64,000 nt of DNA, taken from IMG/VR virus record IMGVR_UViG_3300031420_000003, positions 160,001 through 224,000 of that record, one strand, 5' to 3'. The notes beneath the pieces were generated by a model that did not search any database, had not been told where the DNA came from, and worked only from the letters and a program-made list of their open reading frames with translations. Source of the DNA: a virus. This document shows positions 37,118 through 46,993 of the stretch, in pieces. Made by a program: the position numbers and the translations under genes. Within the stretch, counting starts at the first letter, position 1. Every line of letters begins with the position of its first letter.

Positions 37118-38371
37118 ATGAGTAACGAGACTGAAAACGATCCGGGATATGATCCCAATACCCCGGAGGACTCCGGCTATAGCAACCCGAATAATGCGGA
37201 TGCCGTGCCCTCAGTCGCGGGATACATTGATGCGCGCCGGTCTACCGTTAACCCGAACAAAGCGTTTAACATCAATGATGAGTTAACGGCATGGACGTCC
37301 CGCTTACGTTTGCTTAGCGGCCAAGGGTTGGCTGCACAACGCATGACAAACCCCCTCATGGGTTTCAACCATAGAATGGCCTCCAGCCCTGTTCCCATTA
37401 ACAAGGAATACGGCGGACTGACATTCTTTACCCGACCGGATTGCAACTTCGAGTTTGACAATATTGCTAACTCGCGTCGCTTCTCGAACATGGCGGCACA
37501 ACCCAAGGGCTCGCTCGATTACTCGATACTGGCGGCACTCGACCCGGACTTTGAGCTCGGGTTTTCGGATGCTCCACGCAATGCTAATGGTCAGCGAAAA
37601 AACCGACTGGGGACACCTTTCCACCCAGACATTCCATTCGATAACCTACAGGCTTTCATACCATTACTCAGCACACAGCTAATGAGCCTCTCGGCCCCGC
37701 CGGATGAGTCGGTGGACGTGTGGACTTCGCAGGAAGGTTTGATGCGTGAGCAGTACGGGATGGTCGATTCCACCAACGAGGTGAACAACGCCTACACAGT
37801 GTCGGCCACCCTGAATAACCCGTACGGTGACCCGATAATGCGCATGATGTCGGTGTGGTTGGAATACATGGCAGGGGTGAAGATGGGCAAGTTCAAGCCC
37901 AAGATTCGCAACTCCATTCAACGTCGCATGGACTACTTCAGCCGCATCTACGGCATTCGCTACGACGCCTTGGGCAACATCTCCCGTTTTTGGACGATGT
38001 GTGTGGGCTTTCCAACGAACAACAATGCCGGTGCAATGGCTCAGGTCGATAACTCCAAACCGTCACTAGATGATGACACCACGGTCACCATTAACTGGCA
38101 GATGTTTGGGGCACGTTATAACGACCCGCTGTACATGGAGATGTTTAACCGCTCGGTGGCTATCTTCAACCCGGACATGACTCCTGACCCCCGTCAGGAG
38201 ACGTTCACCCCGCTTGGGGGTAACTCACTGGTGCCGATTCCGGCCGAGCTCTTGCCGCTGTTTAACTACTACGGCTATCCTTATCTTGACTCCGTACGCC
38301 GTCGCATCACTTGGTACGTTTACCAAGCCGACTACCGTACTGTGCTGACCAAAGCAGGAATCCTACGCTGA
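37118..38371 (+). CDS. Virion tail/baseplate protein (phiKZ gp88-like; possible tube-fold protein)
   Basis: ATG at 37118 with GGAG RBS; GLTFFTRPD, VWLEYM, VGFPT segments; divergent from head genes. Confidence 0.68.
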   Translation: MSNETENDPGYDPNTPEDSGYSNPNNADAVPSVAGYIDARRSTVNPNKAFNINDELTAWTSRLRLLSGQGLAAQRMTNPLMGFNHRMASSPVPINKEYGGLTFFTRPDCNFEFDNIANSRRFSNMAAQPKGSLDYSILAALDPDFELGFSDAPRNANGQRKNRLGTPFHPDIPFDNLQAFIPLLSTQLMSLSAPPDESVDVWTSQEGLMREQYGMVDSTNEVNNAYTVSATLNNPYGDPIMRMMSVWLEYMAGVKMGKFKPKIRNSIQRRMDYFSRIYGIRYDALGNISRFWTMCVGFPTNNNAGAMAQVDNSKPSLDDDTTVTINWQMFGARYNDPLYMEMFNRSVAIFNPDMTPDPRQETFTPLGGNSLVPIPAELLPLFNYYGYPYLDSVRRRITWYVYQADYRTVLTKAGILR

Positions 38372-41325
38372 TGGATACTTACGACACGCTTAAAAAGAAC
38401 ATGCTATTGCTGGCGCATAACCCCGCGGCGATGCAGACCTTGGCCTTAAACCAACTGGCGGCTGTTGAGGAGAACAACCAAATCGTTCTCATGGACCCAA
38501 CCGACCCGGTGGTGTTTATCGCTGAGATGGGTATCATGTTGGCCCACGCCAGTATCCAGAGTCAGCGTGAGCTGCTGCCCAAAGTCTACCCGTCCATGGC
38601 CAACGACTACGACGACCTGTTCCGTCACATGTCCGATGTGGACTACGTGGATGTCTTTGCCCAACCGTCCAGTGTGCCAATGTTACTGGTGCTGGATGTG
38701 GACTCGATTCTCTCTAAAGCCATGCCACTGGTTTCTGACGGGGTGCGCCGAGTCACCTTCCCGCGCGACACGGTCTTTAAAGTGGCGGGCTATGACTTTG
38801 CGATTCAGTACCCGATTGAGATTCGTGTGCTGCCCTACGGTACTGTTGAGCAACCGGCGTTTCAGGTGGTGTGGTTAACCGAGAACCAGTCACCGATTAC
38901 CCCGGTCTCAACGAATGCGCTGGATTGGATTCTGACCAGTGCCCCGAACACCACGTCGCAGCTGTTGGGTATCCGCATCCCGATGTTGCAATACTCGGTG
39001 TCGTCAGAGAACAACCACGATACCGTGGCCGGTAACAGTCAGTTCATCATGGACCGCACCTTTACCAATAACTTCTTCTACGCCCGTGTGTGGATGATGG
39101 CCTCGGGCAGCAAGACGTGGGTTGAGATTAAGCACACGCATTCCCGTGACGTGTACGACCCACAGGTGGCCACCGGGTTGATTCAGGTCAGTGGACAGAA
39201 CGTGCGTCTGACTATCCCGTCTATCTACTTACAGACGGGGTTAGTGTCCGGTGAGATTCGACTGGACATCTACACAACGTTGGGACCCCTCAGTGTGGAT
39301 ATCTCGTCCTACACCGGCGACCAGTTCACCTTTGGCCTGCGGGACTTTAACGGGGAGATCGATGAGACCTACACCAACCCCATCAAAGACTTCCAGATTC
39401 GCCAGCTCACTGCCGAGACCGGCTCTGTTACCACCGGGGGTCGTCTGCCGTTGACCTTTGCAGAACTGCGTGACCGTGTGGTGAACAACGCCGTGGGACA
39501 ACGCCAGCTTCCCGTGACCTTGGCACAGGCGAAATCGACAGCGAACGATTACGGTCTGGACTTGTCGGTGCCTATCGACTACGTGACGGGCCGTACGTTC
39601 CACTTGTCCTCTGCCCTGCCGGCTTCCACCGTGAAAGGGGTCAGTTCGCCGATTGGTGCCCTGACTGCCCCGCTGCTATTTAGCTGGGATGAGTTAGCAA
39701 ACCTCTCGACGGTGCGGGTGAACGATAACCGCCTGACGATTATGCCCTCGACCATCTACCGTTACACCAACGGGTCGATTACCGTCGATGCGCAGATGAC
39801 GGAGTTGGCCAAGAACCTCTCGCCTGATCAACTGATTAACCTCGCCAACGCCGTGCCGTACATGTTCACCCCGTTCCATTACGTGGTGGATATCAACAAC
39901 ACCGCGATTGATGTGCGTATCTATCAGCTGGACAGTCCACAGGTCACGGGGAAACGCTTTGTCTCCACCAACGTGTCTACCACGCTGAGTGTGGTGTCCG
40001 GTGATTACGAACTGGTGAGTACCGAGAAAGGGTTTGCGCTGCGCGTCACCACGAAGTCCGAAGCCTCGTATAAGGCGATTGCCGATGACCAGTGCTTTGC
40101 ACAAATCTCCTACGTCCCGCGTGGCTACACCGGCCAGTACGCGTACATCAACGGCACCCTGATTGGGTATCGTGACGATGAGCGTGTGTGGGAGTTCCCG
40201 CTGGAGACCAATCTCGATGTGGACCGTAACGATGAACTGGTGTTGACCAACACCCGTCTGGCCTCTGCCAATGCCACACCGGTACCGGTGGGACTGGAAG
40301 CGGAGTTCAACGTGTTCTTCGGTGTGACCGGTTACTACCCGGGAAACTACGAGCGTGCCTCCATGGATGCGATTCTCGTGCCTCCGACCCGTGATGCGAT
40401 TGGTGTGACGCAGGAGATTTATACCCTGCAACTTGGTAAGGCGCTCTCGGCGTATTGGCGTAAAGCCCGTCCACAAACGGATGGGATTAACTACAAATAC
40501 TACCAAGAGGACGTACTGGCGTTCTACGAGTCGGATATCCTGAAGTACAAGGACGGCACCGACTCGGTGCCAGAGTACACCTACGACCCGGCAACCAACA
40601 CCATCGAGTTCGTGTACGAGCACCGCAAGGGTGACCCGGTACTGGATGACAAAGGCAATCAGGTTATCCGCTTTAGTAAAGGTGACTTGATGCGTGATGC
40701 CAATAACCAACCGATTATTGACAAACCGCGTAGCCTTATCTTCCGCAGCGAAATGTCAGTTTACGATGCCCGGTATATGTTTGCCACCGACCCCACGGTG
40801 CAGGCGTATCTGCGCTCGGTGATTGACTACATCGTGAATGTGGTGACCGTGAAGATTCCTGCGATGGCAGGGAGCTTGCTTGACCAGACGGAAGCGTACT
40901 TCGTTCCCGTTACCACCATGGGTTACATCCAAGCGCGTACCGAGGACGGTACCGTGACCCCGATTCAGGCAGAGAACCGCTTCACCGTCAGTTACTACTT
41001 GACGGCCGCGAACCGTCAGAACACCGACCTGCTGAAAATCATCCGCAGCAAAACCTCGAAGGTCATCAACGATTACCTCATTGCCAACAAAACCGTTTCA
41101 GCGACCAAGCTGGGCGAGGCCTTGAAGTCAGAGTTGCTGGAGTCCGTGATTGCCGTGGAAATGGGTGGGATGGGGCCAGACAGCGATTGGCGTATCTTCA
41201 CCGTGGTGGGTGATGCTTCACAAGCCACCATTGGTAAAGTCCTGACGCTTGATGTTGACGGCACCATGAAACTCAAGGACGACATTGTCTTGGCCTTTAA
41301 CCGCCACGACACCGACGCCAAATAA
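38371..41325 (+). CDS. Baseplate wedge protein (phiKZ gp87-like; T4 gp6/baseplate J-like)
   Basis: TGATG coupling at 38369-38373; TGGRLPLTFAELRDRV resembles the J-family GG.D.E...LR.R motif. Confidence 0.7.
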   Translation: MDTYDTLKKNMLLLAHNPAAMQTLALNQLAAVEENNQIVLMDPTDPVVFIAEMGIMLAHASIQSQRELLPKVYPSMANDYDDLFRHMSDVDYVDVFAQPSSVPMLLVLDVDSILSKAMPLVSDGVRRVTFPRDTVFKVAGYDFAIQYPIEIRVLPYGTVEQPAFQVVWLTENQSPITPVSTNALDWILTSAPNTTSQLLGIRIPMLQYSVSSENNHDTVAGNSQFIMDRTFTNNFFYARVWMMASGSKTWVEIKHTHSRDVYDPQVATGLIQVSGQNVRLTIPSIYLQTGLVSGEIRLDIYTTLGPLSVDISSYTGDQFTFGLRDFNGEIDETYTNPIKDFQIRQLTAETGSVTTGGRLPLTFAELRDRVVNNAVGQRQLPVTLAQAKSTANDYGLDLSVPIDYVTGRTFHLSSALPASTVKGVSSPIGALTAPLLFSWDELANLSTVRVNDNRLTIMPSTIYRYTNGSITVDAQMTELAKNLSPDQLINLANAVPYMFTPFHYVVDINNTAIDVRIYQLDSPQVTGKRFVSTNVSTTLSVVSGDYELVSTEKGFALRVTTKSEASYKAIADDQCFAQISYVPRGYTGQYAYINGTLIGYRDDERVWEFPLETNLDVDRNDELVLTNTRLASANATPVPVGLEAEFNVFFGVTGYYPGNYERASMDAILVPPTRDAIGVTQEIYTLQLGKALSAYWRKARPQTDGINYKYYQEDVLAFYESDILKYKDGTDSVPEYTYDPATNTIEFVYEHRKGDPVLDDKGNQVIRFSKGDLMRDANNQPIIDKPRSLIFRSEMSVYDARYMFATDPTVQAYLRSVIDYIVNVVTVKIPAMAGSLLDQTEAYFVPVTTMGYIQARTEDGTVTPIQAENRFTVSYYLTAANRQNTDLLKIIRSKTSKVINDYLIANKTVSATKLGEALKSELLESVIAVEMGGMGPDSDWRIFTVVGDASQATIGKVLTLDVDGTMKLKDDIVLAFNRHDTDAK

Positions 41326-41334
41326 AATGAAGTA

Positions 41335-41358
41335 CCCACCTCCCGCAAAGGAGGTGGG
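41335..41358. terminator. Bidirectional terminator
   Basis: CCCACCTCC-CGCAAA-GGAGGTGGG between convergent genes. Confidence 0.8.
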
Positions 41359-41366
41359 ACTTTTCT

Positions 41367-43064
41367 TTATTTCGCCATCTTGTTGCGTGTGGAGGTATTC
41401 GCTACCGCCTGCAACGACGCCCCGGCGATACAGATGCGGCGGACCACATCCATGTTCGCGCGAAGCCCAGTCACAAAGTCATCGGACTTCATGTACACCA
41501 GAGACAGCTCACGCCCGTCACCGCTACCGCGTTTGCCTTGACCGACATCCCGCTGGATAGCATCCGCGAGGTATTTGAAGAAGTCCGGTTCGAGTTTGTT
41601 GACACCCTCGGCCCATTTCTCAAACACTTTCATGAACTGGTCAATCTGCTGGCGCAGTGCTGTGTAGTTACTCAGTGCACCCCGGTTAGCATCCTTGGTG
41701 TAACCCTCAGGATTCAGACACACCAGTGCGGCCAAGATACCACGGGCATCGGTTGCGGTGAGTTTGATTTTCTCACGCAGGGTTTGGAACGAGCTACGGG
41801 TAAAGTACGCCCCTTCTTGCGTGGTGTGCAGGCGAATGCCGTTCACCATGTCAATCCCTTCGTCGTAACCGACCAAGTCACGCGACTGTGCAGGACCGAT
41901 TAACACCGCAGGGCCCATGTCGAAGGAGAAGCCACGGGTGGCGTCATCGACGATGCCCATCGAGGCGTTGTTCAGCTGCTCCAGACCTTCTGAGAACAAC
42001 CCTACGGCGATATCACCGGCCGGGAATACCGAACGTTGGCCTTTGGTGAACACGCCGTGTGGGTCACGGTAGTTCTGCAACAGACTCTGCTTGTCCATGG
42101 CCGCAAACCCACGCATCATCACGTTAAAGTAATCGATGAGTTCTTTCACCGTGTTGCCATAACGCTTGTACACGAGCTCACAGGCGAACTTCATGCCGGT
42201 TGCCTGCACAGTCTTCGGCAGGCGGCTGTACGCTTCCTGAGACGTCCGTGAGTCGAACACCGCAGAGGTCACGCACATACCCAGCAGTGCATCGATGGCG
42301 TCGAACAGCACTTCGTTCTCGGCTTTCTTTCCGCCCTTGGCATATTCAGAGAACATGTTCATGAACGGTGACTTACCACCATTGGCTGCCGCGACCTTGT
42401 TCAGGAAGTCTTCCGCCTTGAGGTCAGTCAGCACTTTGTCAAGCTGTGCGGTGGAGAGGTTGTAGTGGTCGACAGACGAGGCATCTTTGGCATACGCCAG
42501 ATACGCGTCTTTCACTGCTGTGATGGTCAGTGAGCCCAGTACACTCTTGCCACCGACTTCAACGGCATCAACTTTCTCTTTGACTTTCTCAGCATACCCG
42601 CTCGCATCCACATCGCCCTTGCCCCCGAACGGTTTCCCGTTTTCAATAATCCATGACACCACTTTCAGCAGTGCGGTAATGGCCAGCACGATTAAACCCA
42701 TGCGCCCGGCTTTGGCCCACGACTCCAGCGCCACCAGTGTTTCTTTCTGGTGTGTGCGACTGTAGTTCGAGGTCAGGAGACGTTGTACGTTGGTCGGGAT
42801 AGTCCCGGGACGTATGGACTCGACGGCCACGGCTTGGTCACGGCTTAACCCCTGACGTTTCACCTGTTCGATAACCGCTTCAATCTGCGTCATCAAACGT
42901 GCACCGTACACGAGGTCGGCATCGTTGCGTTGCATGTACAAAGAGAGCTGGTCGACAGAATCGACCTTCTCTTCCATGCGGTCTTTTAACAAAGCGCCAA
43001 TTTCACCCAGACGCCATTTGGGGTGAACATTGACGGTGCCCGCAGGCCCAGTCATTGAAGTCAT
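41367..43064 (-). CDS. Head ejection protein (SPN3US gp47-like), 565 aa
   Basis: AVE-S and ALE-S sites followed by hydrophobic helix MGLIVLAITALLKVVSWII. Confidence 0.7.
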   Translation of the reverse strand: MTSMTGPAGTVNVHPKWRLGEIGALLKDRMEEKVDSVDQLSLYMQRNDADLVYGARLMTQIEAVIEQVKRQGLSRDQAVAVESIRPGTIPTNVQRLLTSNYSRTHQKETLVALESWAKAGRMGLIVLAITALLKVVSWIIENGKPFGGKGDVDASGYAEKVKEKVDAVEVGGKSVLGSLTITAVKDAYLAYAKDASSVDHYNLSTAQLDKVLTDLKAEDFLNKVAAANGGKSPFMNMFSEYAKGGKKAENEVLFDAIDALLGMCVTSAVFDSRTSQEAYSRLPKTVQATGMKFACELVYKRYGNTVKELIDYFNVMMRGFAAMDKQSLLQNYRDPHGVFTKGQRSVFPAGDIAVGLFSEGLEQLNNASMGIVDDATRGFSFDMGPAVLIGPAQSRDLVGYDEGIDMVNGIRLHTTQEGAYFTRSSFQTLREKIKLTATDARGILAALVCLNPEGYTKDANRGALSNYTALRQQIDQFMKVFEKWAEGVNKLEPDFFKYLADAIQRDVGQGKRGSGDGRELSLVYMKSDDFVTGLRANMDVVRRICIAGASLQAVANTSTRNKMAK

Positions 43065-43504
43065 GCTGCCTGTCCTTTCAGTTCTAACAGGTAGAAACCG
43101 ATCGCTTCCAAGAAACGGTCAGCCCACAGGGTTACAGTCGCCCAGACGTCTTCACCCACCGCATCATCAAAGATTTGCTTCACGGTGAAGGCTTCCAGTG
43201 CTTTGTAACGGCCCCACGCCGCGTCGTAGCGGTTCAGGTACAGGCCAGACGTCAGGTCTTGAATCGACCCTAAGTCAATCTGCATGATTTCGTTCACATC
43301 CGAGATGACAGGTGCCATCAGGGGACGCAGCAGCTGGTTAGCCGCTTCCAGTGAACCGTTCATGCCATTATCCGGTACCGGCGTGGAGAACGCGATAGAG
43401 AACGCCACCAGTGCAGTCAGGGCACGGGTCGCCTGTACGCCTTGGCCTTCGTTGGCACGTTTGAAATCGTAGACGAGTCCGCCTAAAGAAACTTTGTGTG
43501 TCAT
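43061..43504 (-). CDS. Head-associated protein, ~147 aa
   Basis: ATG at 43504 with AAGG RBS; ATGA overlap with the next gene. Confidence 0.65.
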   Translation of the reverse strand: MTHKVSLGGLVYDFKRANEGQGVQATRALTALVAFSIAFSTPVPDNGMNGSLEAANQLLRPLMAPVISDVNEIMQIDLGSIQDLTSGLYLNRYDAAWGRYKALEAFTVKQIFDDAVGEDVWATVTLWADRFLEAIGFYLLELKGQAA

Positions 43505-43541
43505 GATAATACCTTTAATCAAGTTGAGGGCGAACTGCTGC

Positions 43542-44897
43542 TTACGCTGAAGAAGCCTTCAGTTTGTTCATGGCAACAGTCAGGTCGTTAGACAGATACG
43601 ATTCCACATCGCGCTGGTAGTCCACCGCGTCACGTTCACGACGGCCAGACGGAATGAGGTTCTTGTAGATGTACGCATACAGGTTGTCTTTGTCTTTCAC
43701 GACTTTGAGCAACTCATCAATCTGCGCAATCCCATCCAGCACACGTTGACGGTGTGCGTTGGCGGCTTTGGTGTTGATACCGTCCAGCGTCTTGAGCTCT
43801 TCAACCAATGCACGACGCATGGTTTCAAAGCGCTCCTGCGGTGGATCGTAGATGGTCGCAGACGGGTCATTGGCCAGCAGACCAAAGGCGATAGAGGCAG
43901 TTGCCAGCAGCAAGCCCATCGGGTTGGTGGACCACAGAATCAGCAATGCCACACGGCCGAGTTCCAGCGTCAGGTGCACACCCATGTTCATGTACGAGGT
44001 GCCACGCAGCAGGTACATCGGCGCGGTTTCCAGTTTGTACAAACCAGTAGCCAGATGCGGGGCTGCACCAAAGCGGGCAGCGTAGTCATCCGCAGCACGT
44101 TCCCACGTACGGTTACCAAACCCTTCACCACCGGTAATGTTCGGACGCTCTAACAGCGTCGCGGTCACCAAGTGGATATAGATGTTCTCTTTTTTGAACT
44201 CACGCACAATGGTTTCAGGCTGGTCGATTTTGGTGTTCAGCATGCGCTCAACGTCTTTGACAACGCGCAGCTTCTCAACATCCGACTCCATGCCCATCAT
44301 GCGGTTAGCAGCCGCATCGGCAATCAGGTTCACCACCACCCCACGCATCAAACTGCGGAAGTAGTAATAGACGTGACCCACTTCGTGCAGGATGATGGCC
44401 GCGATTTCGTAGTCGGTCATTTCCAGACCGTGCATCAGAATCGGGGTCACGTACAGCGGGCTTGACACCTTGGACAGGTCACCTGTGATTTTGGCGTTGC
44501 TGTCATCAAACGTCCCGGCCAGTTCGTTCTCTTTGATGAACTTGGTGTACGCATCCAAGTCATTGTTGCCACGGTAATACTGGCGATGGAGATTAGAGAC
44601 GATCGGGTTGTTGGCATCGAGCTTCGGTGGCTCTACGCCGGCAAAGGCAAACGCCGCCAGACCAATCTCGGAACCGTTACGAAAAGCGATAGTAATTCCG
44701 CAGTTCTCGAACACCCACTTTTCAACACCGGAGTTTTCATACCCAGCAGGAGAGAAGTCACCGGCGCGCCGAAAGGCTTCAATCAATTCCGCCAGTGTTG
44801 CAAGCTTCTTTTTATCTTGGAATCGAATTGACTCCGCGGCGACGAGCTTTAGCTCAGCCACCGTCTTGGCGCGTTTAGCCCAGTAACCTTTCATCAT
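43542..44897 (-). CDS. Virion head protein with M48-like zinc metalloprotease motif and TM segments
   Basis: AIILHEVGH, ERAADDYA, hydrophobic hairpin, AAE-S site; ATG at 44897 has an AAGGA RBS. Confidence 0.78.
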   Translation of the reverse strand: MMKGYWAKRAKTVAELKLVAAESIRFQDKKKLATLAELIEAFRRAGDFSPAGYENSGVEKWVFENCGITIAFRNGSEIGLAAFAFAGVEPPKLDANNPIVSNLHRQYYRGNNDLDAYTKFIKENELAGTFDDSNAKITGDLSKVSSPLYVTPILMHGLEMTDYEIAAIILHEVGHVYYYFRSLMRGVVVNLIADAAANRMMGMESDVEKLRVVKDVERMLNTKIDQPETIVREFKKENIYIHLVTATLLERPNITGGEGFGNRTWERAADDYAARFGAAPHLATGLYKLETAPMYLLRGTSYMNMGVHLTLELGRVALLILWSTNPMGLLLATASIAFGLLANDPSATIYDPPQERFETMRRALVEELKTLDGINTKAANAHRQRVLDGIAQIDELLKVVKDKDNLYAYIYKNLIPSGRRERDAVDYQRDVESYLSNDLTVAMNKLKASSA

Positions 44898-44965
44898 CTT
44901 TCCTTCTAAGAAAATTACGTCTCCACTGGATGCTATAGAAGCCCTATATAGCTTGAGAGACACCC

Positions 44966-46738
44966 ATGGAACAAAATCACTATTACAGTCCCTCTGATAT
45001 CGCGGGACGTGAATGTAAAAACATTACGTACGCCACAGACGAAGAAAAAGAGAATGACTGTGTCCTCGTCAAAGAGGTCATCCATACTAATGATGGTCGG
45101 CAGATACCGGCTATCCGTATTGCTGAGAACGTGAAACGTCCCATCTACATTACTCAACCACAGCATCGTAACCATCAGGAAAAGAAAGAATACGAAGAGC
45201 GGGGCAAGTGTCAGGAACTGATGACGACCGATGTAAACATGGCGGCCACCATTCAGTTGGGACTCGGCTATCGGTTTGTGGACAAAAAGAAAAGTCTGCG
45301 TCAAGCGTGCAGCAGCCCTTACGTCTATTGGGCAGACTTAACACTTCCCACGTACATCAAAAACCAGTACCTCAAGAAGTGGTCACAGTTCGTTTCTGAA
45401 AACCGCATCTGCGTTATCGACGTGGAAACCAACGTGCGTGAAGGCCGTGACCGTGAACCGAATATCATGAGTTTCATCTTGGATGATGAGATTCACTTCT
45501 TTGGTGACAAGCCGTACATGGACCGTATTGGCAAAGACGCTGACCAGATTATTGCCAAGAAAGCCAAAGAGCTCTTAACCCGTGTGCCGTTCTTGGAAAA
45601 GGACAAAGCCACCGGTGAGGAGAAGTGGGTAGAGAAAGATGTGCTTGGCGATTTCAAACTCTTTGTCTACACCTGTGCAACCCCGGGTCAGTGTATCGTC
45701 TCGATGTTCCAGAAGATTCACCAACGACTGCCGGACTTGGTCGTGGCATGGAACCACCAGTTCGACCACAACTGTATCATCAACCAACTGGCACAAGAAG
45801 GTATTCCGGCTGAAGACGTTTACTGTCACCCTGACGTACCGGTTAAGTATCGTCGTTGCTGGTTTAAAGAAGACCAAGCCAACAAAAAGACCGAGTCAAA
45901 GTCACTGACCAAATCCCCAGCCGACCAGTGGCATGTGATGTACTGCATGGCCTCGTTCTACTGTGTGGATGCAATGTGCCTGTTTAAGAAAATCCGTACC
46001 CACGAAGGTAACCGTCCGAACTATAAACTCAGTTCGATTCTGGAAACCGAAATCGGTGTCGGCAAGTTAAACATTCCGGGGCTGGATTACACCGACAACC
46101 TCGGGTGGCACGAAAAGGCACAGACAGACTTCCCAGCTGAATATGCCGTCTACAACATCATGGATAACCTGTTGATACTCTTGCTGGACCAGAAGACCAA
46201 AGACTTAGCGTCGGCGTTCTCGGTACTGGCCGGTGTGTCAATGTTCGATATCTTCCCTTCACTGCCAAAGCGTATCTGTAATGCCTACACCTTCTACCTC
46301 TATGACCAGAATCTGGTGATTGGGGCAACCGGTAAGGAGATGCGTACCGACAAGGACGGTGAGGTTATCGGTACCGACGGATGGATTGTTACCCTGCCCG
46401 CGCACATGAACCAAGAGAACGGTTTGCGTAATATCTTGGCAGAGATTGGTGACTTCCATTCCGCGTTCCGTGGTCAAACGGCGGATGCGGACTTAACACA
46501 GGCCTATCCATCAGCAACGAATATGTTAAACCAATCACGTGAAACCACACTGATTGAGCTTATCTACGTTGACGGGGTAACCGAAGAAGTACGTCGTCGT
46601 GTTGGGGTGAACCTGACCGCCGGTCGTATCAATGCCATGGAAATTGCCACGGACTTCTTCTTGTTGCCAGACAAAGACACCGTACTTGAAACCTTCATGA
46701 AACGTATGGCCGATAACGCGGCACACGCTACCCATTAA
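44966..46738 (+). CDS. Split family-B DNA polymerase, exonuclease/N-terminal subunit (phiKZ gp82-like)
   Basis: ExoI VIDVET, ExoII AWNHQFD, ExoIII YNIMD, motif A DLTQAYPS; no motif B or C (YGDTDS). Confidence 0.88.
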   Translation: MEQNHYYSPSDIAGRECKNITYATDEEKENDCVLVKEVIHTNDGRQIPAIRIAENVKRPIYITQPQHRNHQEKKEYEERGKCQELMTTDVNMAATIQLGLGYRFVDKKKSLRQACSSPYVYWADLTLPTYIKNQYLKKWSQFVSENRICVIDVETNVREGRDREPNIMSFILDDEIHFFGDKPYMDRIGKDADQIIAKKAKELLTRVPFLEKDKATGEEKWVEKDVLGDFKLFVYTCATPGQCIVSMFQKIHQRLPDLVVAWNHQFDHNCIINQLAQEGIPAEDVYCHPDVPVKYRRCWFKEDQANKKTESKSLTKSPADQWHVMYCMASFYCVDAMCLFKKIRTHEGNRPNYKLSSILETEIGVGKLNIPGLDYTDNLGWHEKAQTDFPAEYAVYNIMDNLLILLLDQKTKDLASAFSVLAGVSMFDIFPSLPKRICNAYTFYLYDQNLVIGATGKEMRTDKDGEVIGTDGWIVTLPAHMNQENGLRNILAEIGDFHSAFRGQTADADLTQAYPSATNMLNQSRETTLIELIYVDGVTEEVRRRVGVNLTAGRINAMEIATDFFLLPDKDTVLETFMKRMADNAAHATH

Positions 46739-46750
46739 TCGGGAGGAGAT

Positions 46751-46951
46751 ATGTTTGCTATTCTGGAAACCACGCTGGGCATGGCTCAAGCAATTAATCC
46801 GCAACTGGCGCGGCGCACCGCGTCACGACCTGTCACGACTGTGCGAGAAGAACCGCGCACAGAAATCCGCGAGGAAGAGGAGGAGAAGGGCCCGAGCCAG
46901 GAAGTCCAGCTTACAGCGGCGTTCCTCATCGGACGACTAACCCGCAAATAA
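46751..46951 (+). CDS. Small hypothetical protein, 66 aa
   Basis: Strong GGAGGAG RBS; ends at a terminator. Confidence 0.65.
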   Translation: MFAILETTLGMAQAINPQLARRTASRPVTTVREEPRTEIREEEEEKGPSQEVQLTAAFLIGRLTRK

Positions 46952-46957
46952 AAGAAA

Positions 46958-46983
46958 CCCTACTACTCCTTCGAGTAGTAGGG
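46958..46983. terminator. Bidirectional terminator
   Basis: CCCTACTACTC-CTTC-GAGTAGTAGGG between convergent genes. Confidence 0.8.
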
Positions 46984-46993
46984 CCTTTACTTT

